Below are positions 26,501 to 40,600 of a DNA stretch of 64,000 nucleotides, one piece after another. Each line of letters starts with the position of its first letter. The first letter of the stretch is position 1. Position numbers and translations under genes: made by a program. This stretch comes from the human T2T-CHM13v2.0 reference genome, Homo sapiens. The stretch lies in NCBI RefSeq assembly GCF_009914755.1, contig NC_060925.1, one strand, 5' to 3'. The notes beneath the pieces were generated by a model. That model ran no database searches, had not been told where the DNA came from, and worked only from the letters and a program-made list of their open reading frames with translations.

Positions 26501-29500
26501 AATCATTAATTATTTGAAGAGTTTTTCGTGTCTCTATCTCCTTCAGTTCTGCTCTGATCTTAGTTACTTCTTGTCTCCTGCTAGCTTTTGAATTTGTTTG
26601 CTGTTGCTTCTCTAGTTCTTTTAATTTTGGTTTTAGGGTGTCAATTTAGATCTTTCCTGCTTTCTCTTGTGGGAATTTAGTGCTACAAATTTCCCTCTAC
26701 ACACTGCTTTAAATGTGTTCCAGAGATTCTGGTACATTGTGTTTTTGTTCTTATTGGTTTCAAAGAACATCTTTATTTCTGCCTTCATTTCGTTATTTAC
26801 TCAGTAGTCATTCAGGAGCAGGGTGTTCAGTTTCCATGTAGTTGTGCAGTTTTGAGTGAGTTTCTTAATCCTGAGTTCTTATTTGATTGCACTGTGGTCT
26901 GAGAGACTGTTTGTTATGATTTCTGTTATTTTGTATTTGCTGAGGAGTGTTTTAGTTCCAATTATGTGGTCAATTTTAGAATAAGTGCGATGTCGTGCTG
27001 AGAAGAATGTACATTCTGTTGATTTGGGGTGGAGAGTTCTGTAGATGTCTATTAGGTCTGCTTGTTCCAGAGCTGAGTTCAAGTCTTGAATATCCTTGTT
27101 AATTTTCTGTCTTGTTGATCTGTCTAATATTGATAGTGGGGTGTTAAAGTCTCCCATTATTATTGTGTGGGAGTCTAAGTCTCTTTGTAGGTCTCTATGA
27201 ACTTACTTTATGAATCTGGGTGCTCCTGTATTGGGTGCATATATATTTAGGATAGTTAGCTCTTCTTGTTGAATTGATCACTTTACCATTATGTAATGCC
27301 CTTCTTTGTCTCTTTTGATCTTTGTTGGTTTAAAGTCTGTTTTATCAGATATTAGGATTACAACTCCTGCTCTTTTTTGCTTTCCATTTGCTTGGTAAAT
27401 ATTCCTCCATCCCTTTATTTTAGCCTGTGTGTGTCTTTGCATGTGAGATGGGTCTCCTGAATACAGCACACTGATGGGTCTTGACTCTTTATCCAATTTG
27501 CCAGTCTGTGTCTTTTAATTGAGGCATTTACTCCATTATATTTAAGGTTAATATTGTTATGTGTGAATTTGATTCTATCATTATGATGTTAGCTGGTTAT
27601 TTTGCCTGTTAGTTGATGCAGTTTCTTCATAGTGTCAATGGTCTTTACAATTTGGTATGTTTTTGCTGTGGCTGGTACCAGTTGTTCCTTTCCATGTTTA
27701 ATGCTTCCTTCAGGAGCTCTTGTAAGGCAGGCCTGGAGGTGATGAAATCTCTCAGCATTTGCTTCTCTGTAAAGGATTTTATTTCTCCTTTGCTTATGAA
27801 GTTTAGTTTGCCTGGATATGAAATTCTGTGTTAAAAATTCTTTTCTTTAAGAACGTTGAATATTGACTCCCACTCTTTTCTGGCTTATAGGGTTTCTGCA
27901 GAGAGATCTGCTGTTAGTCTGATGAGCTTCCCTTTGTGGGTAACGCAAGGTTTCTCTCTGGCTGCCCTTAACATTTTTTCCTACATTTCAACCTTGGTGA
28001 TTTTGACAATTATGTTTCTTGGGGTTGCTCTTCTCACGGAGTATTTTTGTGGTGTTCTCTGTATTTCCTGAATTTGAATGTTGGCCTGTCTTGCTAGGTT
28101 GGGGAAGTTCTCCTGCATAATATACTGAAGAGTGTTTTCCAACTTGGTTTCATTCTCCCCATCACTTTCAGGTATACCAATCAAACATAGATTTGGTCTT
28201 TTCACGTAGTCCCATATTTCTTGAGGCTTTATTCATTCCTTTTCATTCTTTTTTCTCTAATCTTGTCTTCTTACTTTATTTAATTAAGTTGTTCTTCAAT
28301 CTCTGATATCCTTTCTTCCACTTGATCAATTCAGCTATTGAAACTTGTGTATGCTTCACAAAGTTCTTGTGCTGTGGTTTTCAGCTCCATCAGGTCGTTT
28401 ATTTTCTTCTCTAAAGTGGTTATTCTAATTAGCAATTCCTCTAACCTTTTTTCAAGGTTCTTAGTTTCCTTGCATTGGGTTAGAACATGCTGCTTTCACT
28501 CGGATGAATTTGTTATTACCCACCTTCTGAAGCCTACTTCTGTCAATTCATCAAACTCATTCTCCATCCAATTTTCTTCCCTTCCTGGTGAAGAGTTGTG
28601 ATCCTTTGGAGGAGAAGAGGCATTCTGGTTTTTGGAATTTTCAGCCTTTTCGCACTGGTTTCTCCCCATCTTTGTGGATTTATCTACCTTTGGTCTTTGA
28701 TGTTGGTGACATTCGGATGGGGTCTTTGAGTGGACATGCTATTCCTTTCTGTTTGTTAGTTTTTCTTCTAACGGTCAGGCCCCTCTACTGCAGGTCTGCT
28801 GGAGATTGCTGTAGGTCCACTCCAGACCCTGTTTGCCTGGGTATCACCAGCGGAGGTTGCAGAACAGCAAAGATTGCTGCCTGTTCTTTTCTCTGGAAGC
28901 TTTGTCCCAGAGGGGTACCTGCCAGATGCCAGCCAGAGCTCTCCTGTATGAGATGTCTGTTGGCCCCTAATGGGAGGTGTCTCCTAGTCAGGATACACAA
29001 GGGTCAGGGACCCACTTGAGGAGGCAGTCTGACCCTTAGCAGAGCTCAAATGCTGTGCTGGGAGGCCCGCTGCTCTCTTCAGAGCTGTTAGGCAGGGACT
29101 TTTAAGTCTGCTGAAGCAGCGCCCACAGCCGCACCGTCCCCTGGGAGCTCTGTCCCAGGGAGATGGGGGTTTTATCTATAAGTCCCTGACTGGGGCTGCT
29201 GCCTTTTTTTCAGAGATGCCCTGCCCAGAGAGGAGAAATCTGGCAGTCTGGCCACAGTGGCCTTGCTGAGCTGTAGTGGGCTCCATCCATTTCGAACTTC
29301 CTGGTGGCTTTGTTTACACTGTGAGGGTAAAACCACCTACTCAAGCCTCAGCAATGGCAGAAGCCCCTCCCACAACCAAGCTCCAGCATCTCAGGTCAAT
29401 CTCAGACTCCTGCTGTGCTGGCAGCAAGAATTTCAAGCCAGTGGATCTTAGTTTGCCAGGCTCTGTGAGGGTGAGACCTGCTGAGCCAAACCACATGGCT

Positions 29501-29999
29501 CTCTGGCTTAGGTACCCCTTTCCAGGGGAGTGACTGGTTCTGTCTCACTGGTGTTCCAGGTGCCACTGCGGTATGGAAACAAAACAAAACAAAACAAAAA
29601 ACTCCTGCAGCTAGTTCAGTGTCTGCCCAAACAGTCACCCAGTTTTGTGCTTGAAACCCAGGGCCCTGGTGGGGTAGGCACCAGAGGAAGTCTCCTGGTC
29701 TGTGGGTTGTGAAGACCATGGGAAAAGCACAGTATCTGGGCTGGAGTGCACGATTCCTCAGGCTCAGTCCCTCACAGCTTCCCTTGGGTAGGGGAGTAAA
29801 TTCCTCGACCCCTTGCACTTCCCGGGTGATATGACACCCCATCCTGCTTCAGCTTGCCCTCCGCGGACTGCACCCACTGTCCAACCAGTCCGAGTGTGAT
29901 GAACCAGGTACCTCCATTGGAAATGCATAAATCACCTGCCTTCTGCGTCAATCTTAGTGGGAGCTGCAGACCAGAGCTGTTCCTATTCGGCCATCTTCC
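23546..29999 (-). mobile_element. Near full-length L1PA7/L1PA8, ORF1 and ORF2 disrupted
   Basis: 5' end AAGATGGCCGAATAGGAACAGCTCTGGTCTGCAGCTCCC; ORF1 piece 27981-28205; EN piece GDFNTPLS...SDHSAIK; RT pieces SIDAEKAFD and LFADDMI; 3' end at about 23555; TSD CTGAATTTYATTTTT at 23329-23343 and 30000-30014. Confidence 0.96.
29354..29533 (+). CDS. L1 ORF0-like antisense ORF, 59 aa, expression unknown
   Basis: GCAATGG start; MAEAPP...SISDSCCA...GSVRVRPAEP resembles L1 ORF0 (MAGAPP...SLISDCCA...SVGVGPSEP) at the expected 5'UTR position. Confidence 0.45.
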   Translation: MAEAPPTTKLQHLRSISDSCCAGSKNFKPVDLSLPGSVRVRPAEPNHMALWLRYPFPGE

Positions 30000-30000
30000 C

Positions 30001-31200
30001 TGAATTTCATTTTTATGGCTGATATGAAGTAAAGATCAATGTTCTTCATTTCACAATAGGAATAGCCTGTTGTTCTAGCACTATTATAGACAAGGCCATC
30101 TGTTGTGGTAATATTTGGATTATAATTAGGTGACCAAATATGTGTGGATCTGTTGCTGAATTACACATTCTGTTCCATTGACTTATTTGTCTATCCTTAT
30201 GCCAGTACTATACACTTGATAATTATATATTTAAATGAGACCAGAAATCTAGTAATTTAAGTCTTCTAACTTTGTTCTTCAAAGTTACTTTGCCTATTCT
30301 CAATTATTTGCCTTTTGATATAAATTTTAATCAGCTTTATATTTCCTCTAAAACAACGACTGTAATTTTCACTGGGATTGCATTGTATCTATAGATAAAT
30401 ATAGCAACAAATTATATATTGTAATATTTAACAACTTTATTCATGAATGCAATATATTATTTCATGTATTTAGGACTTCTTTAGTTTCTTTCAGTAATGT
30501 TTTCAGGTCTTCTGTGTTCTTGTAGATCTTTCATTAAATTACTTTTATGTCTTTGGTAATTATAATTTTCATATTAAAAACTAATTTTTATAATAAAAAA
30601 TATAAGCTTTGTCTTAAAGAATTGTTTACCAATATATAGAAATACCTCTGATTTTTGGACATTGACTTTATATCACAAATGTTTCTAAATCCATTAATTA
30701 AGTCTAACAGTTTATCTATAGATTCCTTGGGGTTGTCTACATAAATAATCATTACAATTGAAAATGACATCTTCATTTCTCTTTGACTTTACCTGATTTT
30801 CTTTCTTATTTCTCTCAAGTGGCTGGGACTTGTATTACAGCGTTGAATAGAAGTTGTGTTCAGTCTGTGATTTCACCTGAAAATCTTCCAATATTTTACT
30901 ATTAAATATAAAGTTAATGTAGATGTTTTGTAGATGCCCTTTATAAGATTAAGGAGAATATTTTCTGTTCTTAATTTTGTGAGATTTTTATTTACAATGA
31001 ATAAGTACAAACGTGATCAAATATTTTAATATATATATTGAGATGACCATATTATCTATCTTATTTATTCTCTTAATGTTGTTAATAGCATTGATTGATT
31101 TTCACATATTAAACTAACCTTCATTTGCAGAATAAACCACCTGGACAAGGATGTATTATCTTTCTAGTACATTGTAGATATTATCATTTTCCCTTTCAAT
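30001..31200 (-). mobile_element. Ancient L1 ORF2, continuation of 22190-23343
   Basis: Degenerate RT remnant IIYVDNPKESIDKLLDLIN (30588-30776). Confidence 0.8.
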
Positions 31201-31686
31201 CATCTGTATTAGAATATTTTTTCTCTTCTTTCCTTATTTATTGATACATAATACTTGTACCTATTTATAGAGTACATATGATATTTTGATACATGCATAC
31301 AATGTGTAGTGACCAATTCAGAGTATTTAGCATCTCCATTACCTCAAAAATTTATTATTTGTGATGGAAAAATTTCAAATTTTCTGTTCTGTTTTGAAAC
31401 ATACAATAAGTTATTGTTAACTATACTCACCTGATTGTACTATCAAACAATAGAACTTATTCCTTCTATACAACTGTATCTTTGTGACCACTGACGAACC
31501 TCTCTCTTCATCGCCTCTCTCCCCACAACTACTCAAACCTCTGGTAACTATCATTCTATGCTCTACCTCCATGAGGTCAAGAGTTTTAGCTTCCACATAT
31601 GAGTGAGAACTTGCAATATTTGTTTCTCTCTACCTGGCTTATTTCACTTAACATAATTACCAGCAGTTTCACCCATGTCCCAGTAA

Positions 31687-32000
<314 letters not shown>

Positions 32001-34051
32001 TAAGATTTCATGTTTTTTTAGGGCTGAATAGTATTCCATTGTGTATTTATACCTTTTTTATCCATTCATCCATTGATAGACTGGTTGATTTCATATCCTT
32101 GTTCTTGTGAATAGTGTATCAATAAATATGAAGGTGCAGGTATTCGTTTTATATACTTATTTCATTTTTTTGATAGATACCCACTAGTGAGTTGCTGGAT
32201 TGTATAGTTCTATTTCTAGTTTTTTGAGAAACCTCCATACTATTTTCCATAATGGCTATACTAATTTAAATTCCCATCCACATCGTATGAGTTCCCTTTT
32301 CACATCATCCTTGCCAGCGTTTGTTACATTTTGTCTCTGTGATAATAGCCATTCTGACTGGAGTGATATGATACCTCATTGTGGTTTTGGTTTGCATTTT
32401 CCTGATGATGAGTGATGTTGAGCATTTTTTCATATACCCGTTGGCCATTTGTACGTCTTCTTCTAAGAAATGGCTATTCATATCCTTTACTCACTTTTTA
32501 ATGGATTTATTTATTTTGTTGTTGACTTGTTTGAATTCCTTGTCTATTCTAAATACAGATGAATAGCTTGCAAATATTTTCTCCCATTCTGCAAGTTGTT
32601 CCTACACTCTATTGTTTACTTGACTGTACAGAAGCTTTTCAGTTTAATGTAGTCATGTTTGTCTATTTTTTATTATTGCCTGTGTCTTCAAAATTTTAGC
32701 TATAAAAACCTTTGCCTAGACCAATGTCCTTAAGCATTTCCCTATATTTTCTTCTAGTAGTTTTATAGTTTTGGATCTTATATTTAAGTCTTTGGTCCAT
32801 TTTGAATTTTTTTATATGGTAAGAGTTAGGGGTAGAGTTTCCTTCTTCTGCATGTGGATATTTCCTCAATGTATTTTCTTCACGTCTTTGTCAAAAATGG
32901 TTGGTTGTAAGTATATGGATTTATTTCTGGGTTCTTTATTCTTTTCCGTTGGTGTATGTGTCTATTTTTATGACAGTATGATGCTGTTCTTGGTACTATA
33001 TATTTGTATTAGATTAAAGTCAAGTAGTGTAATGCCTTAAATTTTGGGTTTTTGTTTGTTTATGTTTTGCTCAGGACTGCTTTGGCTATTCTGGCTCTAT
33101 TTGGTTCCATACAAATTTGGGGATATTTTTATTTCTATGAAAAGTGTTCTTGGTATTTTGATAGGGATTGCACTGAATCTGCAGATTGCCTTGAGTGATA
33201 TGGTCATTTTAACAATATTAATTATTCTGATCCGTGAGCAAATAGTGTCTTTGCATTTGTTTGTGTCTTCTTCAATTTCTTTTCTCACTGTTTTGTAGTT
33301 TTTCATTATAGAAGTCTTCACCTCCTTGGTTAAATGCATTCCTAGGTATTTTATTTTTTATAGTTATTATTAATGGAATTGAATTCTTGATTTCTTTTTT
33401 AACCTAGTTTGTTATTGTTTTATGGAAGTACTACAGATTTAGTATTCTAATTTTATATCGTGCACTTACTGAATTCATTTATCTATTCTAGGAGATTTTT
33501 GGTGGAGTCTTTAGGTTTTTCTATATATAAGATTGTGTTGTGTGCAAAGAGGGACTTTCTTTTTTCCAGTTTGGATTTCTTTATTTCTTTATCTTGCCTG
33601 ATTGTTCTGGATAGGACTTCCAGTACTATGTTGAATAAGAGTGATTAAAGTGGGCATTATACCTTTCTTGTTCCAGTTCTTATAGGAAAAGCTTGCAGCT
33701 GTTCACTAGTCAGTATGATGTTAGTTGCAGGTTTGTCATATATAGCCTTTATTATGTTGAGACATATTCCTTCAATTCCTAATTTATTGAGAGTTTTTAT
33801 CATGAAGAAATGTGGAATTTCTATGTCTATTGAGATGATTATATTGTTTTTGTCCTTCAGTCTCTTAAAGTGATGTATCACATATATTATTTTGTGTGTG
33901 TTGAATCATCTTTCCATCTCTAAGAAGAATCCAGCTTAATCATGGTATATCATCTTTTTGATGAATTGTTCAATTTGGCTTGCTAGTGCTTTGTTGAGGA
34001 TTGTTGCATCTATATTCATCAGGGATACTAGCCTGCAGTTTTTTGGGGGGA

Positions 34052-34291
34052 TTTTTTGAGATGGAGTCACTTTGTCACCCAGGCTGGAGAGCAGCAGCAT
34101 GAGCTCAGCTCACTTCAATCTTCCACCTCCCCATCAGCCTCTCAAGTAGCTGGGATACAGGCACCTGCCACCACACCTGGATTTTTTTTTTTTTTTTTTT
34201 TTTTTTTAGTAGAGATGGGGTTGCACCACATTGGCCAGGCTGGTCTTGAACTCCTGACCTCAGGTGATCTGCCTGCCTCTATCTCCCAAAA
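34052..34291 (-). mobile_element. Degenerate AluS, 5'-truncated, small internal deletion, expanded middle A-tract
   Basis: GAGATGGAGTC...CCCAGGCTGGAG, long T run at 34182-34207, CTCCTGACCTCAGGTGATC. Confidence 0.88.
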
Positions 34292-35594
34292 AGGTAGTTT
34301 TCTTTTTTTATGTCTGTCTGGTTTTTATATCAGGGCAATGCTGTCCTTGTAGAATGTGTTAGAAAAAATTTACTTATCTTCAATTTTTTGGAGTAATTTG
34401 AGAATTCTTTATAAAATTCAGCAGTAAAGTCCTCTGGTCCTGGGCTTTTCTTCATTAAGAGACATTTTTATTACTGATTCAATCTCATCACCCATTATTG
34501 TTCTACTCAGGTTTTCGATTTCTTTATGATTTAATCTTGGTAGGTTGTATGTGTCCAGGAATGTATCCATTTCCTCTAGGTTTTCCAATTTATTAACATT
34601 TTGTTGTTCATAATAGTCTCTAATAATCCTTTGTAGTTCTGTGTTATCAGTTGTAATGTCTTCTTTTTCATTTCTGATTTTATTTATTTGAGTCTTCTCT
34701 TTTATTGGTAAGTCTACTTAGGAGTTTATCACTTTGTTTATCTTTTTGAGGAATTTACTTTTGTTTCATTGATTTTTTTGTATTATGTTTGTCTTTATTT
34801 CATTCAATTTTACTCTGATCTTTATCATTTGTTTCCTTCTATTAATTTTGAGTTGGGCTTATTCTTGCTTTTTTAGTTCCTTGAGATGTATCATTAAGTT
34901 GTTTATATCAAATCTTTCTATTTGTTTGAAGTAGGTATTTATTGCTATAGATGTCCTTCTGAGCACTGATTTTTCTGTATCCCATAGGTTTGGTATGTTG
35001 TGTTTCCATCTGGTTCCAAAAAATTTTTTAATTTCCTTCTTAATTTCTTTATTGAACCAATGGTTGTTTAATTTCCATGTATTTGTATTTTCTCAAGTTT
35101 TTCTTGTTACTAGTTTCTAGTTTATTACATTGTGATCTGAGAAGGTACTTGATAGGATGTTGATTGTTTTTAATTTTTTGAGACTTGGTTTGTTGCATAA
35201 CATGTGGTCTATTCTGGGAATTTTCCATGTGCTGATGGGAAAAGTGTGTGTTCTATAACTGTTGGATTAAATGTCTGTAAATATCTGTTTGGATTATTTG
35301 GTCTATTGTGCAGATTAAATCTGATGTTCATTTGTTGATTTTCTGTCTAAATGATCTGCCCACTGCAGAAAGTGGAGTGTTAAAGTCCCCAATTATAATT
35401 GTATTTTGTCTCTCTCTTCACCTCTAATGATATTTGTTTTGTAAATGTGGATGCTCTGGTGTTGGGTGCATACATATTTACAATTGCTATATTCTCTTAA
35501 TGAACTGATCCCTTTATCATTATATAATAATCTTCTTTGTCTCTTTTTATGTTTTTTGACTTACAGGGGTTTTTTGTATAAGTATAGATACTTC

Positions 35595-35639
35595 TGCATG
35601 TCTTTAGTTTCCATTTGCATGTCTTTAGTTTCCATTTGC
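35595..35639. repeat. 21-bp tandem duplication
   Basis: TGCATGTCTTTAGTTTCCATT twice, exact. Confidence 0.9.
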
Positions 35640-36479
35640 CTGTAAGTTTTTCATCCCTTCACTCTTAGTCTATGCATGTCTTTCCAAGTGAAATAAGTTT
35701 CTTGTAGACAGCATATAATTGGGTTATAATTTTTTATTCCATTTAACAGTCTATATCTTTTAGTTGAGGAATTTAAATCATTTACATTCAATTTTGTTAT
35801 TGATAGGTGAGAACTTCTGTCATTTGTTAATTGTTTTCTGATTGTCTTGTATGTCATTTATCTTTTCTTTTTGATTGTTCACCTTTATGATTCAGTGCTT
35901 TTTTTTTTGGTAGTATTGACATTTGACTCCTTTCTCTTTCTCATTTGTGTATCTTCTCTACCAATGAAGCTTTGTGCTTCTGTGTATTTTCATGATAGTA
36001 GACATTTTCCTTTTACTTACAGATGTAGAACTTACATAAACATTTCTTATAGGGCTAATCTGATGGTGGTGAATTCCCTCAGTTTTGCTTATCCAAGAAG
36101 ATTTATTTATCTTTCATTTTTGAAGGATTGATTTGCTGGGTATAATATTCTTGGTGTACAGTAATTTTTTTTCTTTTTCTTTTTGCACTTTAAATATGTC
36201 ATCTCATTCTCTCCTGACCTGTAAGGTTTATGCTTAGAAATCCACTATTGGTCTGATGGGAATTGTCTCATGTATCACCTGATAACTTTCTCTTGCTTTT
36301 TTTAGAATTCTTTTTATCTTTGTCTTTTAATAGTTTCATTATAATATGCCCTGGAGAACTTTTGGGGTGAGTCTATTCAGAAACTGTTGAACTTACTGTA
36401 TCTGGATGTCTATATGTCTTGCAAGACTAGGGAAGTTTTTTGCTATCATTTTGTTAAGTAAGTTGTCTACGCCTTTATT

Positions 36480-37633
36480 TCCAAATTCAGTGTTTTTTAT
36501 CTGTATTACAGAGTTTGCCTTGTAATTTTATTTTCTGATAATTTTCTTGTCAGATGTTTGTATAAAAATTGTGCTGGAATCATTTTTTAAGAGCTGAAAA
36601 AAGTTTCACCTTTTTCTGTTTATGGAAATATTGGTACAAGATTAGTGTTATTTCAGTCTTAAATATTTGAAATAATTACCACCAAAGCTTTCTGGCCTGA
36701 AAATTTTATTTCTGGAGGGCTTTTAATTATAAATTTGCTTTTCATAATAAATTTTAAATTATTCAACCTTTAATATTTTTCTTACATTAACTTTTCTATA
36801 TTGTGTTTTGCAAGAAATTTGTCCATTTTATTTAAATTGACAAATTTATTGCCATGATGTTGTCCAAAATATTTTCTATTGTTAAAATTTCTCTAGGATT
36901 CAGTAATTTACCCTTTTTATTGCTGATATTGGTAATTTATAGATTGTCTCTTTTATTTCTGAACTATTTTTCTAAGGTTTATAATTTCAACTCTTAGAAT
37001 TGTGTCGAGACTTGTTTTATGGGCACTTGAAAACGATGCGTATTCTATAGTTTTATGAACAATATTTCATATATGTCACTTAAGACAAATTTTAATTTTT
37101 GTTTGTTTATATCTCTTACAGTACCTGATATATACATATAAAAATGTTTAAAACATATATATATATATAAAATCACATGCACACACATTGACTGAGAGAG
37201 AGACACAGGAGAGAGAGAGAGAGAGAGATACAGAAGCAGGAAATATTGCTTGGATACAAATGAATATTTATTATATCTTCTTGATGAATTAACACTTTAT
37301 CATTATCAAATGTTTCCATTGTCCTGAGTAATAGTCATTTTTCTTCAATATCTGTTGCATCTGACATTTAGTCTAACCAAGTCAAACCCATTTTTATTAT
37401 ATTTGCATAGTATATTTTCCATTATTTTCTGCTTTCAACATTTTGGTGTCCTTATTTTAAATTGTTTCTTAAAAGGAGTCAAGAGTAAGGTATGCTATAT
37501 TTGAATTTAAGTATTATATTTCACTATTTGTTTTCTACTTGACTCACGTGTTTTATGTTTTCTGTTATCAAAATTTTCTTGCTTTTTTGGATTAGGGGAA
37601 TTTATTAGACTTTTCAATTGTCATTAACTTTGC

Positions 37634-37636
<3 letters not shown>
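36480..37636 (-). mobile_element. Ancient L1 ORF2 5' part, continuation of the host element
   Basis: AAGAAATTTGTCCATTTTATTTAAATT, GAGACTTGTTTTATGG, CTTTATCATTATCAAATG. Confidence 0.7.

Positions 37637-37682
<46 letters not shown>
37637..37682. repeat. (TA)n microsatellite, about 23 units
   Basis: Uninterrupted TA run next to an L1 3' end. Confidence 0.97.
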
Positions 37683-37688
<6 letters not shown>

Positions 37689-37691
37689 TGT

Positions 37692-40600
37692 ATTTTAACT
37701 TTTATTTTAAGTTCAGGGGTACATGTGCAGGTTTGTTATAAAGGTAAACTTGTGTCATAGGGTTTGTTTTACAGATTATTTCATCACCCAGGTATTAGGC
37801 CTAATACTCATCAGTTATTTTTCCTGATTTTCTGCCTCCTCCCACTCTCCACCCTCTGATAGGCCCCAATGTGTGTTATTCCCCTTTATGTGTCCATGTG
37901 TTCTCATCATTTGGCTCTCATGTATAAATGAAAGCATGCAATTTGGTTTTCTGTCTTCATTAGTTTGCTAAGGATAACGGCCTTTAGCTCCATCCATGTC
38001 CCTGCAAAGGACATGATCTCGTTTTTTATGGCTGCATAGTATTCCATGGTGTATGTGTACCACGTTTTCTTTATCCAGTCTACCATTGATGTGCATTTAG
38101 GTTGATTTCATGTCTTTGTTATTGTGAATAGTGCTGCAATGAACATATGTGTGTATGTGTCTTTATAAAATAATAATCTATGTTTCGTTGGTTATGTACC
38201 CAGTAATGAGATTGCAGGGTTGAATGGTATTTCTGCTTTTAGGTCTTTGATGAATGACCACACTGTCTTCCACAATGATTGAACTAATTTACACTCCCAT
38301 CAACAGTGTATAAGCATTTTTCTTCACTACCTCACCAGGATGTTATTGTTTAACTTTTTAATAATAGCCAAAACCTACAGAATATACATTCTTCTCATCA
38401 CCACATGGCACATACTCTACAACCTGATTTTCTACAAACCTGACAAAAACAAATCTGACTGGTGTGACATGATATCTCGTGGTTTTGATTTGCATTTCTC
38501 TAATGATCAGTGTTGAGCTTTTTCTCATATAATCGTTGGCCACATATATGTCTTCTTTTGAAAAGTGTCTGTTCATATCCTTTGCCCACTTTTTACTGGG
38601 GTTATTTGTTTTTTCTTGTAAATTTGTTTAAGCTTCTTATAAATGCTGGATATTAGACCTTCGTTGGATGCATAGTTTGCAAATATTTTCTCCCATTCTG
38701 TAAGTTGTCTGTTCACTCTGTTTATAGTTTCCTTTGCTGTGCAAAAGCACTTTAGTTTAATTAGATCCCATTTGTCAATTTTTGTTCTTGTTGCAATAGC
38801 TTTTGGTGTCTTTGCCATGAAAGCTTTGCCCATTTCTATGTCCAGAATCATATTGCCTAGACTGTCTTCCAGGGTTTTTATGGTTTGGGTTTTACAGCGA
38901 GGTCTTTAATCTATCTTGAGTTTATTTTTGTATGTGGTGTAAGAAAGGAGTCCAGTTCCAATCTTCTGCATTTGGCTAGCCAGTTCTCCCAGCACCATTT
39001 ATTAAGTGGAGAATCCTTTCCTCATTGCTTGTTTTTGTCAAGTTTGTTGAATATCAGATAGTTGCAGAGTATGTGCTGTGTGGCGATGAGAAGAATGTAT
39101 ATTCTGTTGTTTTGGGTTAGAGCTTTCTGTAGATATCTTATCGGGTCCATTTGATCCAGTGCTGAGCTCAGGTCTTAAACAGCTTTGTTCATTCTCTGTC
39201 CAAATGATTTGTCTAATACTGTCAGGGGGGTGTTAAAAATCTCCCACTATTATTGTGTGTGAGTCTAAGTCACTTTAAAGACCTGTAGGAACTTGCTTTA
39301 TGAATCTGGGTGCTGCTGTGTTGGGTGCATATATATTTAGAATAGTTAGACCTTCTTGTTGAATTGAACTCTTTCCATTATATAATGCCCTTCTTTGTCT
39401 TTTTTTTATTTTTGTTGGTTTTAAGTCTGTTTTGTCAGAAACTGGAATTGCAACCCCTGTTTTTTTCTGTTTTCCATTTGCTTGGTACATTTTTCTCCAT
39501 CCCTTTGTTTCCAGCCCATATATGTCATTACATGTGAGATGAATCTCTAGAAGACTGCATAGCAATAAGTCTTATCCTTTATCCAGCTTGCCACTTTGTG
39601 TCTTTTGATTGGGGCATTTAGCCAATTTACATTTAAGGTTAGTATGAATATGAGTAGATTTGTTCCTATTATCATTATATTAGCTGGTTATTTTGCAGAC
39701 TTGTTTATGTGGTTTCTTCGTGATGTCACTGGTCTGTGTACTTCAGTGTGTTTTTGTAGTGCTGGTAATGATCCTTCATTTCCATATTTAATGCTTCCTT
39801 CAGGAACTCCTGTAAGGCAGGTCTGGTGGTAACAAATTCCCTCAGCATTTTTTTTTTCTGAAAAGGACCTTATTTCTCCTTCCTTATGAAGCTTAATTTG
39901 GCCCAATATGAAACTCTGGGTTCGAATTTCTTTTATTTAAGAATGTTAAATATTGGCCCCCAATCTCTTCTGGCTTATAGGGTTTCTCTACTGAGAGGTC
40001 TGCTGTTGTCTGATGGGCTTCCCTTTGTATGTGACCTGATCCTTCACTCTAGTTACCTTTAACAATTTTTTCTTTCATTTTTACCTTGGAGAATCTGATG
40101 ATTATGTGTCTTGGGAATGATCTTCTTGTGAAGTATCTTACTGGGGTTTTCTGCATTTCCTGAATTTGAACGTTGGCCTCTATAGCTAGGTTGGGGAATT
40201 TCTCATGGATGATATCCTGATATGTTTTCCAAGTTGGTTCCATTCCCCCCGTCTCCTTCGGGGACACTAATGAATCATAAATTTGGGCTCTTTACATAAT
40301 CCCATATTTCTCAGAGGTTTTGTTAATTCCTTTTCATTCTTTTTCCTCTATTCTTGTCTGGCTGTTTTATTTCAAAAAGCCAGTCTTCAGGCTCTAAGAT
40401 TCTTTCCTCCACTTGTTCTATTCTGCTATTAAATTATTGTGATTGCATTATAAAATTCTTGTAGTGTGTTTTTCAGCTCTATCTGGTCTGTTATGTTCTT
40501 TTCTATAGTGACTATTTTGTATGTCAGCTCCTGCATTGTTTTATCATGATTTTTAGCTTCTTTGGATTGAGTTTCAATGTACTCCTGTAGCTCAATTATC

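Noticed and set aside
24328-28205. Reverse transcriptase and endonuclease ORFs as an active or novel retroelement system
   Set aside because: Fragments of ordinary L1 ORF1/ORF2 broken by many stops and frameshifts
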